A stretch of DNA of 53,215 bases from a virus. Its lineage: Duplodnaviria > Caudoviricetes. How positions within the stretch are numbered: position 1 is the first letter of the stretch; each line of letters starts with the position of its first letter. Below, in pieces: positions 1-10,932 of this stretch. The translations under genes and the position numbers were made by a program. A model generated the notes under the pieces. The model ran no database searches and had not been told where the DNA came from. It saw only the letters and a program-made list of their open reading frames with translations. The DNA lies in the IMG/VR virus record IMGVR_UViG_3300025769_000159, positions 1-53,215 of that record, one strand, 5' to 3'.

Positions 1-2
1 GT

Positions 3-464
3 TATGGTGATTTTGTAATGGATACATTACTAGTTAAAATGTTACCTGTTATGAAACAACATACAGGACTAGATTTGATACCAACTTATTCTTACACTAG
101 AGCTTATAAAAAAGGTGATTGTTTACATAGACACAAAGATAGACCATCTTGTGAGATATCTACAACACTTAATCTAGGTGGTGATCCTTGGCCTATATTT
201 ATAGATGGTACAGGTGCTGATAATGTTGTTAATGAAAGACAAAATATTGTAAAACCCAATGCTCCAGCGGGTACTAAAGTCTTGCTTGAAGTAGGGGATA
301 TGTTAGTATATAGTGGTTGCGAACTCGAACATTGGCGAGAGCCTTTTGACGGGAACATTTGCGGTCAAGTATTTCTACATTATAATCATGTAAACGGCCC
401 ATTTGCTGATAAAAATAGATTTGATGGAAGAGCTAAGTTAGGTCTACCTTCAGGTGTAAAATAG
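3..464 (+). CDS. 2OG-Fe(II) oxygenase (5'-truncated by the window edge)
   Basis: HxD motif (RHKDR), distal H plus R (EHWRE), YSYTRAY strand; the frame stays open upstream of the ATG at 18 (YGDFVM). Confidence 0.85.
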   Translation, partial: YGDFVMDTLLVKMLPVMKQHTGLDLIPTYSYTRAYKKGDCLHRHKDRPSCEISTTLNLGGDPWPIFIDGTGADNVVNERQNIVKPNAPAGTKVLLEVGDMLVYSGCELEHWREPFDGNICGQVFLHYNHVNGPFADKNRFDGRAKLGLPSGVK

Positions 465-481
465 TATTATAATGGAGTCGT

Positions 482-2665
482 ATGCTACAAAAGATAGGTT
501 TTCAACCAGGTATTAATAAACAACTAACACCTACTGGAGCAGAAGGTCAATGGACTGACTGTGATAACGTTCGTTTTAGATATGGTACACCTGAAAAAAT
601 AGGTGGATGGAAACAGTTAGGAGACGATGCTCTTACTGGTGCAGGTAGAGGACTTCATCATTTTGTAAATAGTAAAGCTAGAAAATACGCAATCATCGGT
701 ACAAACAGAATTTTATATGCATATTCAGGTGGTGTATTCTATGACATACATCCTATCAAATCTACAACAACGCTTACTAGTGCATTCAGCACGACCAACG
801 GATCACCGACTGTTACAATAACTTTTTCTAGTCCTCATAATATAGGGGAGCAAGACATAATTCTATTAGATAATTTTAGTACAATAACTAATTCTAATTA
901 TACAGCTGCAGATTTTAACGATAAAAAATTTATGGTAACAACTGTACCATCAAGCACAACTATTACTATTACAATGACAAGTAATGAATCTGGATCTGGT
1001 GCAACAACATCAGGCGGTATAAGAGTACAACATTATTATCCTGTAGGACCCGCTGTACAAGCTCAAGGTTTTGGTTGGTCACTTGGATCTTGGGGTGGAG
1101 AAACAGCAGGAGAACCTACAACAACATTAACAAATGGTATCAACAGCGCTGTAACTACTGGTATTATATTAGGAGATGTATCACAGTTTCCAGATGCAGG
1201 TACAAACTTTATAAAAATAGATAATGAAGAGATTTCATACACAGGTATATCTGGTAATGAACTTACTGGTGTTACAAGAGAAGTTAGAGGAACTTCTGCT
1301 GCAGCTCATAGTGGTGGAGCAACAGTTACGAGCACAACAAACTTTGTAGCATGGGGTGAAGCAGCATCAGGAGACTTGGTCCTTGAACCAGGGATGTGGT
1401 CACTTGATAACTTTGGTGATAAAGCTATTTGCTTAATTCATGATAGTGCTGTTTTTGAATGGAACTCTGCAGCAGCAAATGCTGAAACAGTTAGAGCAAG
1501 TATTATATCTGGTGCACCAACAGCTTCAAGACACATGTTAGTATCCACACCCGATAGACACTTAGTATTTTTTGGAACAGAAACAACTATTGGAGACACA
1601 TCAACACAAGATAATATGTTTGTAAGATTTTCAGATCAAGAAGATATAAATACATACGTGCCTACAGCAACTAATACGGCGGGTACACAAAGACTGGCTG
1701 ACGGATCACAGATTATGGGAGCTATTAGAGGTAGGGATGCAATTTATGTTTGGACTGATACAGCGTTATTCACACAACGTTTTGTTGGTCAACCATTTAC
1801 TTTTGCATTTGCACAAGTTGGAACTAACTGTGGACTTGCAGGACAAAATGCATGTGTTGAAGTTGATGGTGCTGCTTATTGGATGTCAGAGAATGGCTTC
1901 TTTAGATATGCTGGTAAACTAGAATCACTTCCTTGTTTGGTAGAAGATTTTGTTTATGACAATGTAAATTTAAAATCAGGTAATCAAATGATATCTGCTG
2001 GATTAAATAATTTGTTTGGAGAAGTTACTTGGTTCTATCCTACAACAGGATCATCAGTAGTTAATAGACAAGTTACATATAATTATTTTGATTCATCACC
2101 ACAAAGACCAGTATGGACTGTTGGATCACTTGCTAGAACTATGTGGGAAGACTCCGCAGTATTTGGTAATCCACATGCAACAGAATATGAAGCGGGAACA
2201 GATACATCTTTTGATGTTGTAGGTAACACAGAAGGTAGAACAATATACTATGAACACGAAACAGGGACTGATCAAGTTCAAGGCGGTGCAACAACAGCTA
2301 TTGTTGCAAGTATTGAATCAGGGGATTATGATATTACACAAGCAAGAGCTACATCAACAGGACAATCAACAGGTATGGCAACTTTTAAAGGAGATGGTGA
2401 GTATCTTATGAAGATAAGAAGATTTGTACCTGACTTTTTATCTCAAACAGGTGATACACAAGTTACATTTTTATTAAGAGATTATCCAAATGACACACAA
2501 ACTAGTTCTGCTTTGGGTCCATTTACAATTTCATCATCTACTAAAAAAGTAGATACACGTGCAAGAGCTAGAGCTGTTGCATTAAAGATTGCAAACACAA
2601 CAACTAATCAAAGTTGGAAATTAGGAACTTTTAGATTAGATATACAACCAGACGGAAGAAGATAA
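482..2665 (+). CDS. Tail nozzle / packaged-DNA stabilization protein (tail tubular B, P22 gp10-like)
   Basis: 727 aa, beta-rich, N-terminal PGINK...W.D.DNVRFR, RFSDQED motif, C-terminal DGRR; lies just upstream of the ejection proteins. Confidence 0.75.
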   Translation: MLQKIGFQPGINKQLTPTGAEGQWTDCDNVRFRYGTPEKIGGWKQLGDDALTGAGRGLHHFVNSKARKYAIIGTNRILYAYSGGVFYDIHPIKSTTTLTSAFSTTNGSPTVTITFSSPHNIGEQDIILLDNFSTITNSNYTAADFNDKKFMVTTVPSSTTITITMTSNESGSGATTSGGIRVQHYYPVGPAVQAQGFGWSLGSWGGETAGEPTTTLTNGINSAVTTGIILGDVSQFPDAGTNFIKIDNEEISYTGISGNELTGVTREVRGTSAAAHSGGATVTSTTNFVAWGEAASGDLVLEPGMWSLDNFGDKAICLIHDSAVFEWNSAAANAETVRASIISGAPTASRHMLVSTPDRHLVFFGTETTIGDTSTQDNMFVRFSDQEDINTYVPTATNTAGTQRLADGSQIMGAIRGRDAIYVWTDTALFTQRFVGQPFTFAFAQVGTNCGLAGQNACVEVDGAAYWMSENGFFRYAGKLESLPCLVEDFVYDNVNLKSGNQMISAGLNNLFGEVTWFYPTTGSSVVNRQVTYNYFDSSPQRPVWTVGSLARTMWEDSAVFGNPHATEYEAGTDTSFDVVGNTEGRTIYYEHETGTDQVQGGATTAIVASIESGDYDITQARATSTGQSTGMATFKGDGEYLMKIRRFVPDFLSQTGDTQVTFLLRDYPNDTQTSSALGPFTISSSTKKVDTRARARAVALKIANTTTNQSWKLGTFRLDIQPDGRR

Positions 2666-2829
2666 TGGCAAAAATTGTACAGGTTATAACTAGACCATCA
2701 AACGAATATGATGTACAGACTGCGGAAGCTCAAGTAAGAGATCTTGATGCGATTGTAGAAAAATTAAACTCAACGTTTCAAGAAGAATTGAAAGATGAAA
2801 TTGAAGCATTTAACTTTTTTATAAACTAA
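2665..2829 (+). CDS. Small hypothetical virion protein (54 aa, MAKIVQVITRPS...)
   Basis: Read by hand; TAATG coupling to both neighbours. Confidence 0.7.
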   Translation: MAKIVQVITRPSNEYDVQTAEAQVRDLDAIVEKLNSTFQEELKDEIEAFNFFIN

Positions 2830-3158
2830 TGGCTAATCAATATAAATTTGTAGGAACAGACAACAGTACATCAGGAAGTGCTATTAATCCTTTTGGAACG
2901 GGTAATCCTTTAGTAAGTGAAACATATGTAATTAAATCTATATTAGTAACATCAGCTGGTACACCAACAGTCACAGTTACAAACAACAGTATTACGACTA
3001 TAAAGTCAGCAGCTTTAACTGCTAATGTAACAACAGAATTACTTACTCAACCTTTGGTGGTTGAAGGTGGTAATACCCTAACTGTACTATCAAGCAATAC
3101 AGATTCATTTGATGTAGCAGTTAGCTATCTAAACATTAAGAAGGAGATAACAACATAA
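2829..3158 (+). CDS. Small beta-rich virion protein
   Basis: 109 aa, Thr/Val-rich, translationally coupled. Confidence 0.7.
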   Translation: MANQYKFVGTDNSTSGSAINPFGTGNPLVSETYVIKSILVTSAGTPTVTVTNNSITTIKSAALTANVTTELLTQPLVVEGGNTLTVLSSNTDSFDVAVSYLNIKKEITT

Positions 3159-3337
3159 TGAAAGATCTACCAGTAATAGAACCAAAAGAAATTATAACAA
3201 CAATCACAAATATGAAGACAGGTGAAGTATACAAAGATGATTCTGATTGGAAATCCAAAGGAATTGCAGAATCTGACATAAGAAAAGATGTTAGAGTTAT
3301 CATGCCTAGTCTTGATTTATTTGGAGAAACAAAATAG
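3158..3337 (+). CDS. Hypothetical protein (59 aa, MKDLPVIEPKE...)
   Basis: Read by hand; AAGGAG RBS and TAATG coupling. Confidence 0.7.
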   Translation: MKDLPVIEPKEIITTITNMKTGEVYKDDSDWKSKGIAESDIRKDVRVIMPSLDLFGETK

Positions 3338-3346
3338 AATAGATAA

Positions 3347-5107
3347 ATGGCCATAACAAACGCACAACAAGCAAAACAATTATTAGCACAAGGAGGACGT
3401 ATAGGTTTTCAAGGTGGTGGTGCTGATATGGGTGCTTCTGATAAAAAAAGTGTAGATTCAAGAGCTTCAAAAGGCTATGGTGCTCCCTCTGATTCAAAAC
3501 CAACTTACGGTGGAGGAGGTGGAGACGGGGTTAATAAAGTTGATGAAGTTGCATTAACTGGTGGCACTAAAACAAAACCTAAAGTTACAAAAACTAAAGA
3601 TAAAAACAAACGTAATATAGTAAAAGATTATTTTGATAAAAGAAAAGAATTAGCTTACAATCTTTCAAGACGATTACCTGGTGCAACACAATCTTCTTTT
3701 AAAAATTTAACTGATTTTAGAAATTATCTAGTATCTCAAGGAGCAGATACTTCTACAATAGATAGATTAACGGAAGGTGTTGATGAAGATAACCCTATAA
3801 ATTACGAAAACTTTCAAGAACTAGCTTATGATTATGAACCTAAAGGAATTACGGACATTGATAAATTAAGAAGTATATTTAAAGATCCGACAAGAGATCC
3901 TTTTGAAAAATTAACAGCTGTTCCACAAAATTTTTCTGAGTTTATGTTAACACAAAAAAATAATCCTAACTTATTCACTGCTGGTAATGTTGGAAATTTT
4001 AAAGACATGCCTAAACCTAAAGATTTAGTTAATCCTAATACAGGTGAATTATATACAAATACAGAATGGAATGATCTTAAAAGAGAAATAGTTCAAGACA
4101 GAGGTTTAAATGGAGGAGATGGACCACAAGACCCATGTAAAGGACCTAACCCACCAGCATATTGTTTCATAGGTCAGAGTGCAGATGAAACTCAAGAAGA
4201 TGTTATAACTAGAAATCTTGCAGGACTAACACCACGTATAGGTGGATCTATGTTTGATTTTACAGGTATGGCTGATGGTGGTTTAGCAGACATGGATAGA
4301 GAAGCATTCTTGTTAGGTGGTATAGCAAAAGGATTAAAGAAAGCTGTAAGAGGTGTTAAGAAGATAGCAAAATCACCATTAGGTAAGGCTGCATTAATAG
4401 GTGCAGGATTTGGTCTAGCAGGTATGGGTCCTTTTAAAGGTTTAGCTAGTACAAGTTTTGGTCAAGGTCTTGCAGGACTAAGGGGTACTTTACTTGGTCA
4501 AGCAGGTTCAAGAGTTGGTGAAGCTTTTGTTCCATATAAAGAAGGTTTACTTACAAAACTTGGTTTAACAAAAGGTGGTGGATCATTTATGCCGACATTT
4601 AAAGGTGGTATAACTCTTGCATCTATATTACCATTATTAGTAGGAAAAACAGACGAAGAAAAAGATGATATTTTAAAAGACTATTATGCCTCTCAAAAAC
4701 TAATACCATCAACAACAGCTAGACAAGCTGGTAGTGAGTTTGATTTTTATAACTACAATTTAGCAGAAGGTGGTATGCCTAGTAAAGAACCTGTGGCTAA
4801 AAAAGTTATGCCTTTATTAGATATGGATGGTATGGAAAAAGACTATAGAGCAGAAGGTGGATTTGTGCCTATTGGCCGTATGGAAAAAGCAGATGATGTT
4901 CCAGCTAGATTATCCAAAAATGAGTTTGTATTTACAGCGGATGCAGTAAGAAATGCAGGTGAGGGAGATGTAGACAAAGGTGCAGAAGTTATGTATAACA
5001 TGATGAAAAACCTCGAATCCGGGGGTGAAGTATCAGAAGAATCGCAAGGATTAGATGGCGCTAGAGAAATGTTTCAAACATCACAAAGACTAGGAGAAGT
5101 CATATAA
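3347..5107 (+). CDS. Putative ejection/internal virion protein with multiple x-x-GG motifs and a C-terminal DDVPARLSKNEFV domain
   Basis: 586 aa, Gly/Ala-rich hydrophobic segments, position after the nozzle gene; C-terminal motif resembles one seen in tape-measure proteins. Confidence 0.6.
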   Translation: MAITNAQQAKQLLAQGGRIGFQGGGADMGASDKKSVDSRASKGYGAPSDSKPTYGGGGGDGVNKVDEVALTGGTKTKPKVTKTKDKNKRNIVKDYFDKRKELAYNLSRRLPGATQSSFKNLTDFRNYLVSQGADTSTIDRLTEGVDEDNPINYENFQELAYDYEPKGITDIDKLRSIFKDPTRDPFEKLTAVPQNFSEFMLTQKNNPNLFTAGNVGNFKDMPKPKDLVNPNTGELYTNTEWNDLKREIVQDRGLNGGDGPQDPCKGPNPPAYCFIGQSADETQEDVITRNLAGLTPRIGGSMFDFTGMADGGLADMDREAFLLGGIAKGLKKAVRGVKKIAKSPLGKAALIGAGFGLAGMGPFKGLASTSFGQGLAGLRGTLLGQAGSRVGEAFVPYKEGLLTKLGLTKGGGSFMPTFKGGITLASILPLLVGKTDEEKDDILKDYYASQKLIPSTTARQAGSEFDFYNYNLAEGGMPSKEPVAKKVMPLLDMDGMEKDYRAEGGFVPIGRMEKADDVPARLSKNEFVFTADAVRNAGEGDVDKGAEVMYNMMKNLESGGEVSEESQGLDGAREMFQTSQRLGEVI

Positions 5108-6237
5108 TGGCAACAGAAACCGTAATAAATCGACCCGCACCATTTGTAGAAGATATAGGTAAAAAATTATCTGAACAAGCTTTAGGATTACAAAACGTTC
5201 CAGTTGTAACAACTGGTATAGGTGGTATTTCAAGACAAGCTGGTGAAACAGATGCGGGCTTTCAATCAAGACAAGATGCTGCAAGAGCATTTACAACTAG
5301 ACAACAAAATTTATCAGGACTTGCACCTAAAGTTGCTCCACAAGATAGATTACAATTAGAAGCACAAAAAAGAGCTGAAGCAGGTTTGGGATCATTTGAA
5401 CCATTTTTACAAAGAGCAGAAACAGAAGCACAACTTGCTAGTGGATTAGGAACCACGGCTCTTGGACAATTAGGAACAGCAGGATCACAATTAGGAATAG
5501 CAGGAACTACATTAGGTGGTGTGCCTTTAGGAGCACAATCTTTTCAACAAGACGTATCTCAATTTATGTCTCCATATCAACAACAAGTTATTGATGTGTC
5601 ACTCGCAGAATTTGATCGTAATAAACAAATGCAAGAACAACAGTTACGAGATCAACAAGCAAAATTGGGTGCGCTCGGCAGTGGTCGAGCGGGAGTGCAA
5701 CTCTCTGAGTTTGGCACAGGGGCAGCAAGAGAACGAGCATTACTACAAGCAGGACTTTTGCAACAAGGTTTTCAACAAGCTCAAGGAGCTAGACAACAAG
5801 ATATACAAAACAGATTTGGTCTTGGCCAAGCGCAAGCAGGATTAGCTGGTCAACAAGCAGGACTCGCTGGAGCAACACAAGGTTTAGGTTCATTTAGATC
5901 TGGTTTAGCACAACAACAAGCACAACTTGGATCTGCTACTCAAGGATTACAAGGAACAGACATAACTAGATTAGGTCAGTTAGGTTCTATTAATCAAGCA
6001 CAAGATCAAGCTCAAAGAGATGCAACAAGAGAAGCTACAAGAATGGCTGCGTTCCAACCACAGGAAGAGTTAAATAGATTTGCAGATATAACAACAGGTA
6101 TCATGGGTGGTATGAGAGGTACAGGAACTACTACAACAAACGTTCCTAACCCTACACCATTACAGTCAGCTTTAGGTGTTGGTTCAACACTTGCTGGTAT
6201 ATATGGTGCGTTCAACCCTAGACCATTATTTGGATAG
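5107..6237 (+). CDS. Putative DNA ejection/pilot protein
   Basis: Q/G/A-rich helical protein, FMSPYQQQV motif, hydrophobic Gly-rich C-terminus. Confidence 0.65.
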   Translation: MATETVINRPAPFVEDIGKKLSEQALGLQNVPVVTTGIGGISRQAGETDAGFQSRQDAARAFTTRQQNLSGLAPKVAPQDRLQLEAQKRAEAGLGSFEPFLQRAETEAQLASGLGTTALGQLGTAGSQLGIAGTTLGGVPLGAQSFQQDVSQFMSPYQQQVIDVSLAEFDRNKQMQEQQLRDQQAKLGALGSGRAGVQLSEFGTGAARERALLQAGLLQQGFQQAQGARQQDIQNRFGLGQAQAGLAGQQAGLAGATQGLGSFRSGLAQQQAQLGSATQGLQGTDITRLGQLGSINQAQDQAQRDATREATRMAAFQPQEELNRFADITTGIMGGMRGTGTTTTNVPNPTPLQSALGVGSTLAGIYGAFNPRPLFG

Positions 6238-6243
6238 TAGAAT

Positions 6244-7803
6244 ATGAATAGAACTTTAAAAAGACCTATGTTTAAAATGGGAGGTTCTGCAGGAACTGGT
6301 ATCACATCAGGATTAGATAAACCTAGACAACAGTACAATGAAGCTGGATCTGTAAATGTATTAGATATGTACCCAAGCGATAATTTTCCAACATTAGGAA
6401 CTAGGGAAATAAAACAAGATACACCACAATTTAATTTAAATGATCTTGCTACTATGCTCCAAGGTCAAAAAGAAGATAAATTTTTACCTAGTGAAGCTTT
6501 ACAAGAAGCTTTTAAAGATAGAAAAACTAAACCAGACCTATCTCAATTTTTAATTAATTTTGGATTAAATTTAGCGTCAGCAACTCCAAGAGGTAATATC
6601 TTCGCAACTGCTGCTGAGTCAGCTAAAAAACCTGCTCAAGCATTCTTTGCTGAACAAGCTGCAAACAAATCTTTTGAAAGAGATTTAAAATTAGCTGGTG
6701 TTAAAATGGACATTAATCAAAGAATAAAAGAAGAAGATGCTAAAAGAGGAGACAATAAATTTTATACATCTAAAAAAGTTTTAAACGTAGACACAGGTAA
6801 TATAGAATTTCAACCTGAAAAAAATATCCAAACTATGCTTTCAAAAGATAAACCCGGTGAAATGTTATTCCAACCTGTTCCTGAAGCAGATAAAACTAAA
6901 CCAGTAAAAGTTTACGACAATCAAACTAAAGGCACAGTGTTTGTTAATCAATCAGATATAATTGGTTCTACATTTACTAATGATAAAGGTAACGAAGAAT
7001 TAAGATATATTCCTGTACCACCTAAAGATAGAACAGTAAGAGCATTTGTTCTTGATAAGGATACAGGTGAATTTGGTGAAAACGCTAAATTTGTAAAAGA
7101 AAGTTTAATTTTAGAAAACCCTGACTTATACAAACCTGTAGAGGGTGATATAGCAATGATGTTAAAAGCAGAAAGTATGAAGATAGATACAGCTAATAGA
7201 AAAGTTGCTGACCAACAAATGTTAGCAGCAAACTCTGTTGCAAAAATTATTAGAAGACTAGAAAAAGATATTCAAGGAGGAGCATTTACAGGAGCTGCGG
7301 GAGATACAGTTCAATTTATTACAGGAGTTTCAGGATTTGTAGATCAATTTATAAATAAAGATAAGAAAACAGATCTTAAAACATTCAACACAGGATACAA
7401 AAGAATTGAAGATCGTATAACACAATTAGAAAATGACGGTTCTATAAATGCAAGATTAACAAGATTTTTAAATTCTCCTGAAACAACTGCTTCAAAAGCA
7501 GATGTTATAAATTTAGCATATGCTATAGCTAAAGCTAGAGAACCTGGTGGTAGATTTAGTATTACGGATATTGATTTAGCTTTACAATCAATAGGTGAAA
7601 GTTCAAATAAATTTAATTTCTTAGAAGGATTAAAAAGAGTTGGTCTATTTACAACTACAGAAGCATTAGATAATTACGTTATGGCTTACAACGTTGCTGA
7701 CGAAGATATACCTGTTAAATACAATGCTTTGGTAAATAATAATAAATACTTTAGAGGATTAGAGGTTGATAACGATATTAGTCCAAACAGTTTAAGTTTT
7801 TAG
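6244..7803 (+). CDS. Putative ejection protein
   Basis: MNRTLKRPMF start, FLINFGLNLAS segment, REPGGRFSITD motif; position in the ejectosome cluster. Confidence 0.55.
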   Translation: MNRTLKRPMFKMGGSAGTGITSGLDKPRQQYNEAGSVNVLDMYPSDNFPTLGTREIKQDTPQFNLNDLATMLQGQKEDKFLPSEALQEAFKDRKTKPDLSQFLINFGLNLASATPRGNIFATAAESAKKPAQAFFAEQAANKSFERDLKLAGVKMDINQRIKEEDAKRGDNKFYTSKKVLNVDTGNIEFQPEKNIQTMLSKDKPGEMLFQPVPEADKTKPVKVYDNQTKGTVFVNQSDIIGSTFTNDKGNEELRYIPVPPKDRTVRAFVLDKDTGEFGENAKFVKESLILENPDLYKPVEGDIAMMLKAESMKIDTANRKVADQQMLAANSVAKIIRRLEKDIQGGAFTGAAGDTVQFITGVSGFVDQFINKDKKTDLKTFNTGYKRIEDRITQLENDGSINARLTRFLNSPETTASKADVINLAYAIAKAREPGGRFSITDIDLALQSIGESSNKFNFLEGLKRVGLFTTTEALDNYVMAYNVADEDIPVKYNALVNNNKYFRGLEVDNDISPNSLSF

Positions 7804-7812
7804 GAGCACATT

Positions 7813-10800
7813 ATGTCATTACTTTCAGTTAATAATGTTCAAGAATACAGACAAAAATATGCTGATGCTTTAGAACAAAAATCTTCTGAAATAGGAAAAC
7901 CTATTACAGATGAAATGTTAACTAAATCTATATATCAAAAATTATCTTCAAAAGCAGACATCGATTATTTTTCTTTTTACAAATCTTTTAATCCTGAAGG
8001 TAAATATGCAAACTTAGATACTTATAGAGTTGCAACTAATGATTTAGATTCCAATGATAATGACACTATTAATAAAGCTTATGACGAATTACAGACTGTT
8101 GGTAGAGTTCGTTTTAAAGATTTTGTTAATGTGTTTTCTCCTAAACCTTTTGATAAAGAAGAATATTATGATAATTTTAACATAGTAACATTAAATGTTC
8201 CTGATGTTGAATATAATATAAAAGAAATAGCAGAAATGAGAGGGATTAATCCTGACACAGATGTTAATCTTGCAGAAGTTGGTTTTGCACAAGCTTTAGC
8301 TAGAGACGATGTTGATAAAGCAATAGCTGCTAAAGAAGTTTTAAATAAATATTTTGGAGAAGATATACCAATTAGAATGGGAGAAGAAACAGAAGAACTT
8401 GAATTTTTAAATCCTAATACAGGAAAATATGAATTATTAAATTCTTATGGGTTAGATGAAGGTGATTTAGCTAAATTTGGAACTTATGGTGCTTTTATAA
8501 TTCCTGAAATTGCTGCAACTCTTTTTGCAGCTGGAACTACAGGACCTACAGGAGCTGTAATAACTTCGGCAGCATCAAGTGCAGCACTTGAAACACTTAG
8601 ATTAGCCGCAGGTCATAATTTATATGGTATTAATAAAACTGAAAAAGGGTTTGTAGATTACTTAGAAAATGAAGGTAAAGACTTAGCTGTTTTGAATGGA
8701 TTACTTACAACAGCAGGATTTACAGTTCCTAAACTCTATAGAATGTTTAAAGACATAAGAAGATTTGGTAAAATTAATGCTGCTGAATTTGGTGGTAGAA
8801 TAGATGATGCCGAGGCAGCTAATAAATTAGTTACAAAAATAAATGATAGATTAGTTGAATTAGGAACTAAAAAGAAATTAAGGTTTTCTTTAGGCCAAGC
8901 AGGAGATGATCCTGAATTACTTGCTTTGCAAAATGCTTATGAAACAAATCCTAAATATGGTGTTAAAGGAATTTTTGATACATTTAACAAAGAACAAGCT
9001 GAGGCTTTGGATACTTATATGAATTTAATGGCTAAAGAATATAATTTTCAAGGTTTATCAGGTAAGGACAATATTTTATCAGATGAAATAGGAAAAATGA
9101 TTAGAACAAAGATAGCTGAAAGATTAGCTCCTAAACAAAAAATTTTAACAAATGCTTTAGAAAAAGCTGAAACTGATTTAACAAATGCAGTTATAAAATT
9201 ACCTGATGGAAGTACGAAAGAGGCAGGCACACAGATTAGAAATGTAATAGATAGTTTGTATGATGACTTTGAACAATCTTTTACAGATAAATACACAGCT
9301 TTATTTGCAGCAGGTGGTGGTAGGAAAGTTAACACAGATATTATTAAGACCGCAGTAAAAGAATTAAATCAAAGACAAAAAAATACTTTATTTAACAAAT
9401 ACCCTAACATTAAAACTTTTTTTGATGCACCAAAAGGTACAACAATAAGTATCAATAAATTAAAAAATACTTTAAGTGATTTAAGAAGATTTGATAGAGA
9501 TATTTCAAAAGGTCTTATACCAATAGAAGGAGCACCTGTAGAAGGAGCATTATCAAAATTAATAGGTGCTGTTAAAAATCAGTTAAAAGAAGATTTAGGG
9601 GCAGATGATATTTGGTATAGAGAATTTTTAAAATTAGACAAATCATATGCTAAAAATAAAGATCTTTATAAAGGAGTTATTTCTAAGTTAATGTCTACTA
9701 AAAACGGTAGGTTAGTTATTGCAGATGAGGATGTTTTCAAACAAACTTTTAAAAAAGGTAACGGTCAAATACAAAGAATAGATGATGTGTATGCATTAAT
9801 TAAAAAAAGACCTGATTTAATTCAAACATATAAAGAACAAATTTTAGGTGCTTATAAGGGTATAGTTGACCCAACAAATACAGGAAAAATAAATTTGGTA
9901 GCACATCAGAAATTTTTAAATGATTATAAATATGCTTTAGAAACATTTTTTGGTGGTAAAAATGGATATAAACAAATTGAAAAAATTGGTGAACTTGCAA
10001 AAAAAGTAGAAGTAACAGCGGTAAAAAGAAATAAGTTAATGAAACAATTAGGTACAACCACTAATGGTAGAATAGAGTCAATGGATCCTGATAAAATATT
10101 TGCTTTTCTTTACAATAATAAATCTCCTACAACTTTAAATAAAGTTATGACTATTTTAAGACAGGACAAAGATTTATTAAATGCTTTTCAAACTGTAGCC
10201 AAAGATGATCTATTATTTAAAGTAACTGACAATAGAGGTAATTTTGTGTTTGATAAATTTGCAGATTATTTAAAAAATAATAATCAAGTTTTAACAAGAA
10301 CATTTGCAGATAATCCTAAATTTTTAACAGATTTAAAAATGATGCGAGATGCTCTTGAAATTACTTCAAGAAAATCTGCACAAAAAACAATTGGTAAAGC
10401 TGAAACTGCATTGAATGATATTATTAGAGCAAGACTAGGACAATTTACCGTTGCTGGTAGAACATTTACTGCTTTAAAGAAAATTGTAAGATCAGATGTT
10501 GACAAACAATTAGCAGAAATAATAACAGACCCTAAGAGGTTAGAAGATTTATTAAAATTAAAAACTGTAAAAAAAGATTCAAAAGCTGCAAAACAAATTA
10601 TTACTAGATTATTTGGTTATTATATATTTGACGAAAGATTTTTTGAAGACGATCAATTCACACCTAACATGATTGATTTTGTAGACACACAACAATTAAC
10701 TCAAGATACTAAAGATGTAAATGAAGCTGAAAATCTATTGGCACAAAATACTGAAATAGATAATAGATTTAATCAAGCTGTATTACCTTCAGGTAGTGTG

Positions 10801-10932
10801 CCTCCACCACAAGCTGTTAATACAAGTCTCTTGGCTCAAGCACCAGATAATACAGGAATTATGAAAAATCTAAGTAGTACGGAAAGAGCTTTACTATCTC
10901 CGTCAGAACAAGAAATAGCAATGAGGTCATAA
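7813..10932 (+). CDS. Large putative ejection protein (1039 aa)
   Basis: Largest gene of the cluster; Gly/Ala hydrophobic segment near aa 230-260; C-terminal LSSTERALLSPSEQ. Confidence 0.6.
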   Translation: MSLLSVNNVQEYRQKYADALEQKSSEIGKPITDEMLTKSIYQKLSSKADIDYFSFYKSFNPEGKYANLDTYRVATNDLDSNDNDTINKAYDELQTVGRVRFKDFVNVFSPKPFDKEEYYDNFNIVTLNVPDVEYNIKEIAEMRGINPDTDVNLAEVGFAQALARDDVDKAIAAKEVLNKYFGEDIPIRMGEETEELEFLNPNTGKYELLNSYGLDEGDLAKFGTYGAFIIPEIAATLFAAGTTGPTGAVITSAASSAALETLRLAAGHNLYGINKTEKGFVDYLENEGKDLAVLNGLLTTAGFTVPKLYRMFKDIRRFGKINAAEFGGRIDDAEAANKLVTKINDRLVELGTKKKLRFSLGQAGDDPELLALQNAYETNPKYGVKGIFDTFNKEQAEALDTYMNLMAKEYNFQGLSGKDNILSDEIGKMIRTKIAERLAPKQKILTNALEKAETDLTNAVIKLPDGSTKEAGTQIRNVIDSLYDDFEQSFTDKYTALFAAGGGRKVNTDIIKTAVKELNQRQKNTLFNKYPNIKTFFDAPKGTTISINKLKNTLSDLRRFDRDISKGLIPIEGAPVEGALSKLIGAVKNQLKEDLGADDIWYREFLKLDKSYAKNKDLYKGVISKLMSTKNGRLVIADEDVFKQTFKKGNGQIQRIDDVYALIKKRPDLIQTYKEQILGAYKGIVDPTNTGKINLVAHQKFLNDYKYALETFFGGKNGYKQIEKIGELAKKVEVTAVKRNKLMKQLGTTTNGRIESMDPDKIFAFLYNNKSPTTLNKVMTILRQDKDLLNAFQTVAKDDLLFKVTDNRGNFVFDKFADYLKNNNQVLTRTFADNPKFLTDLKMMRDALEITSRKSAQKTIGKAETALNDIIRARLGQFTVAGRTFTALKKIVRSDVDKQLAEIITDPKRLEDLLKLKTVKKDSKAAKQIITRLFGYYIFDERFFEDDQFTPNMIDFVDTQQLTQDTKDVNEAENLLAQNTEIDNRFNQAVLPSGSVPPPQAVNTSLLAQAPDNTGIMKNLSSTERALLSPSEQEIAMRS

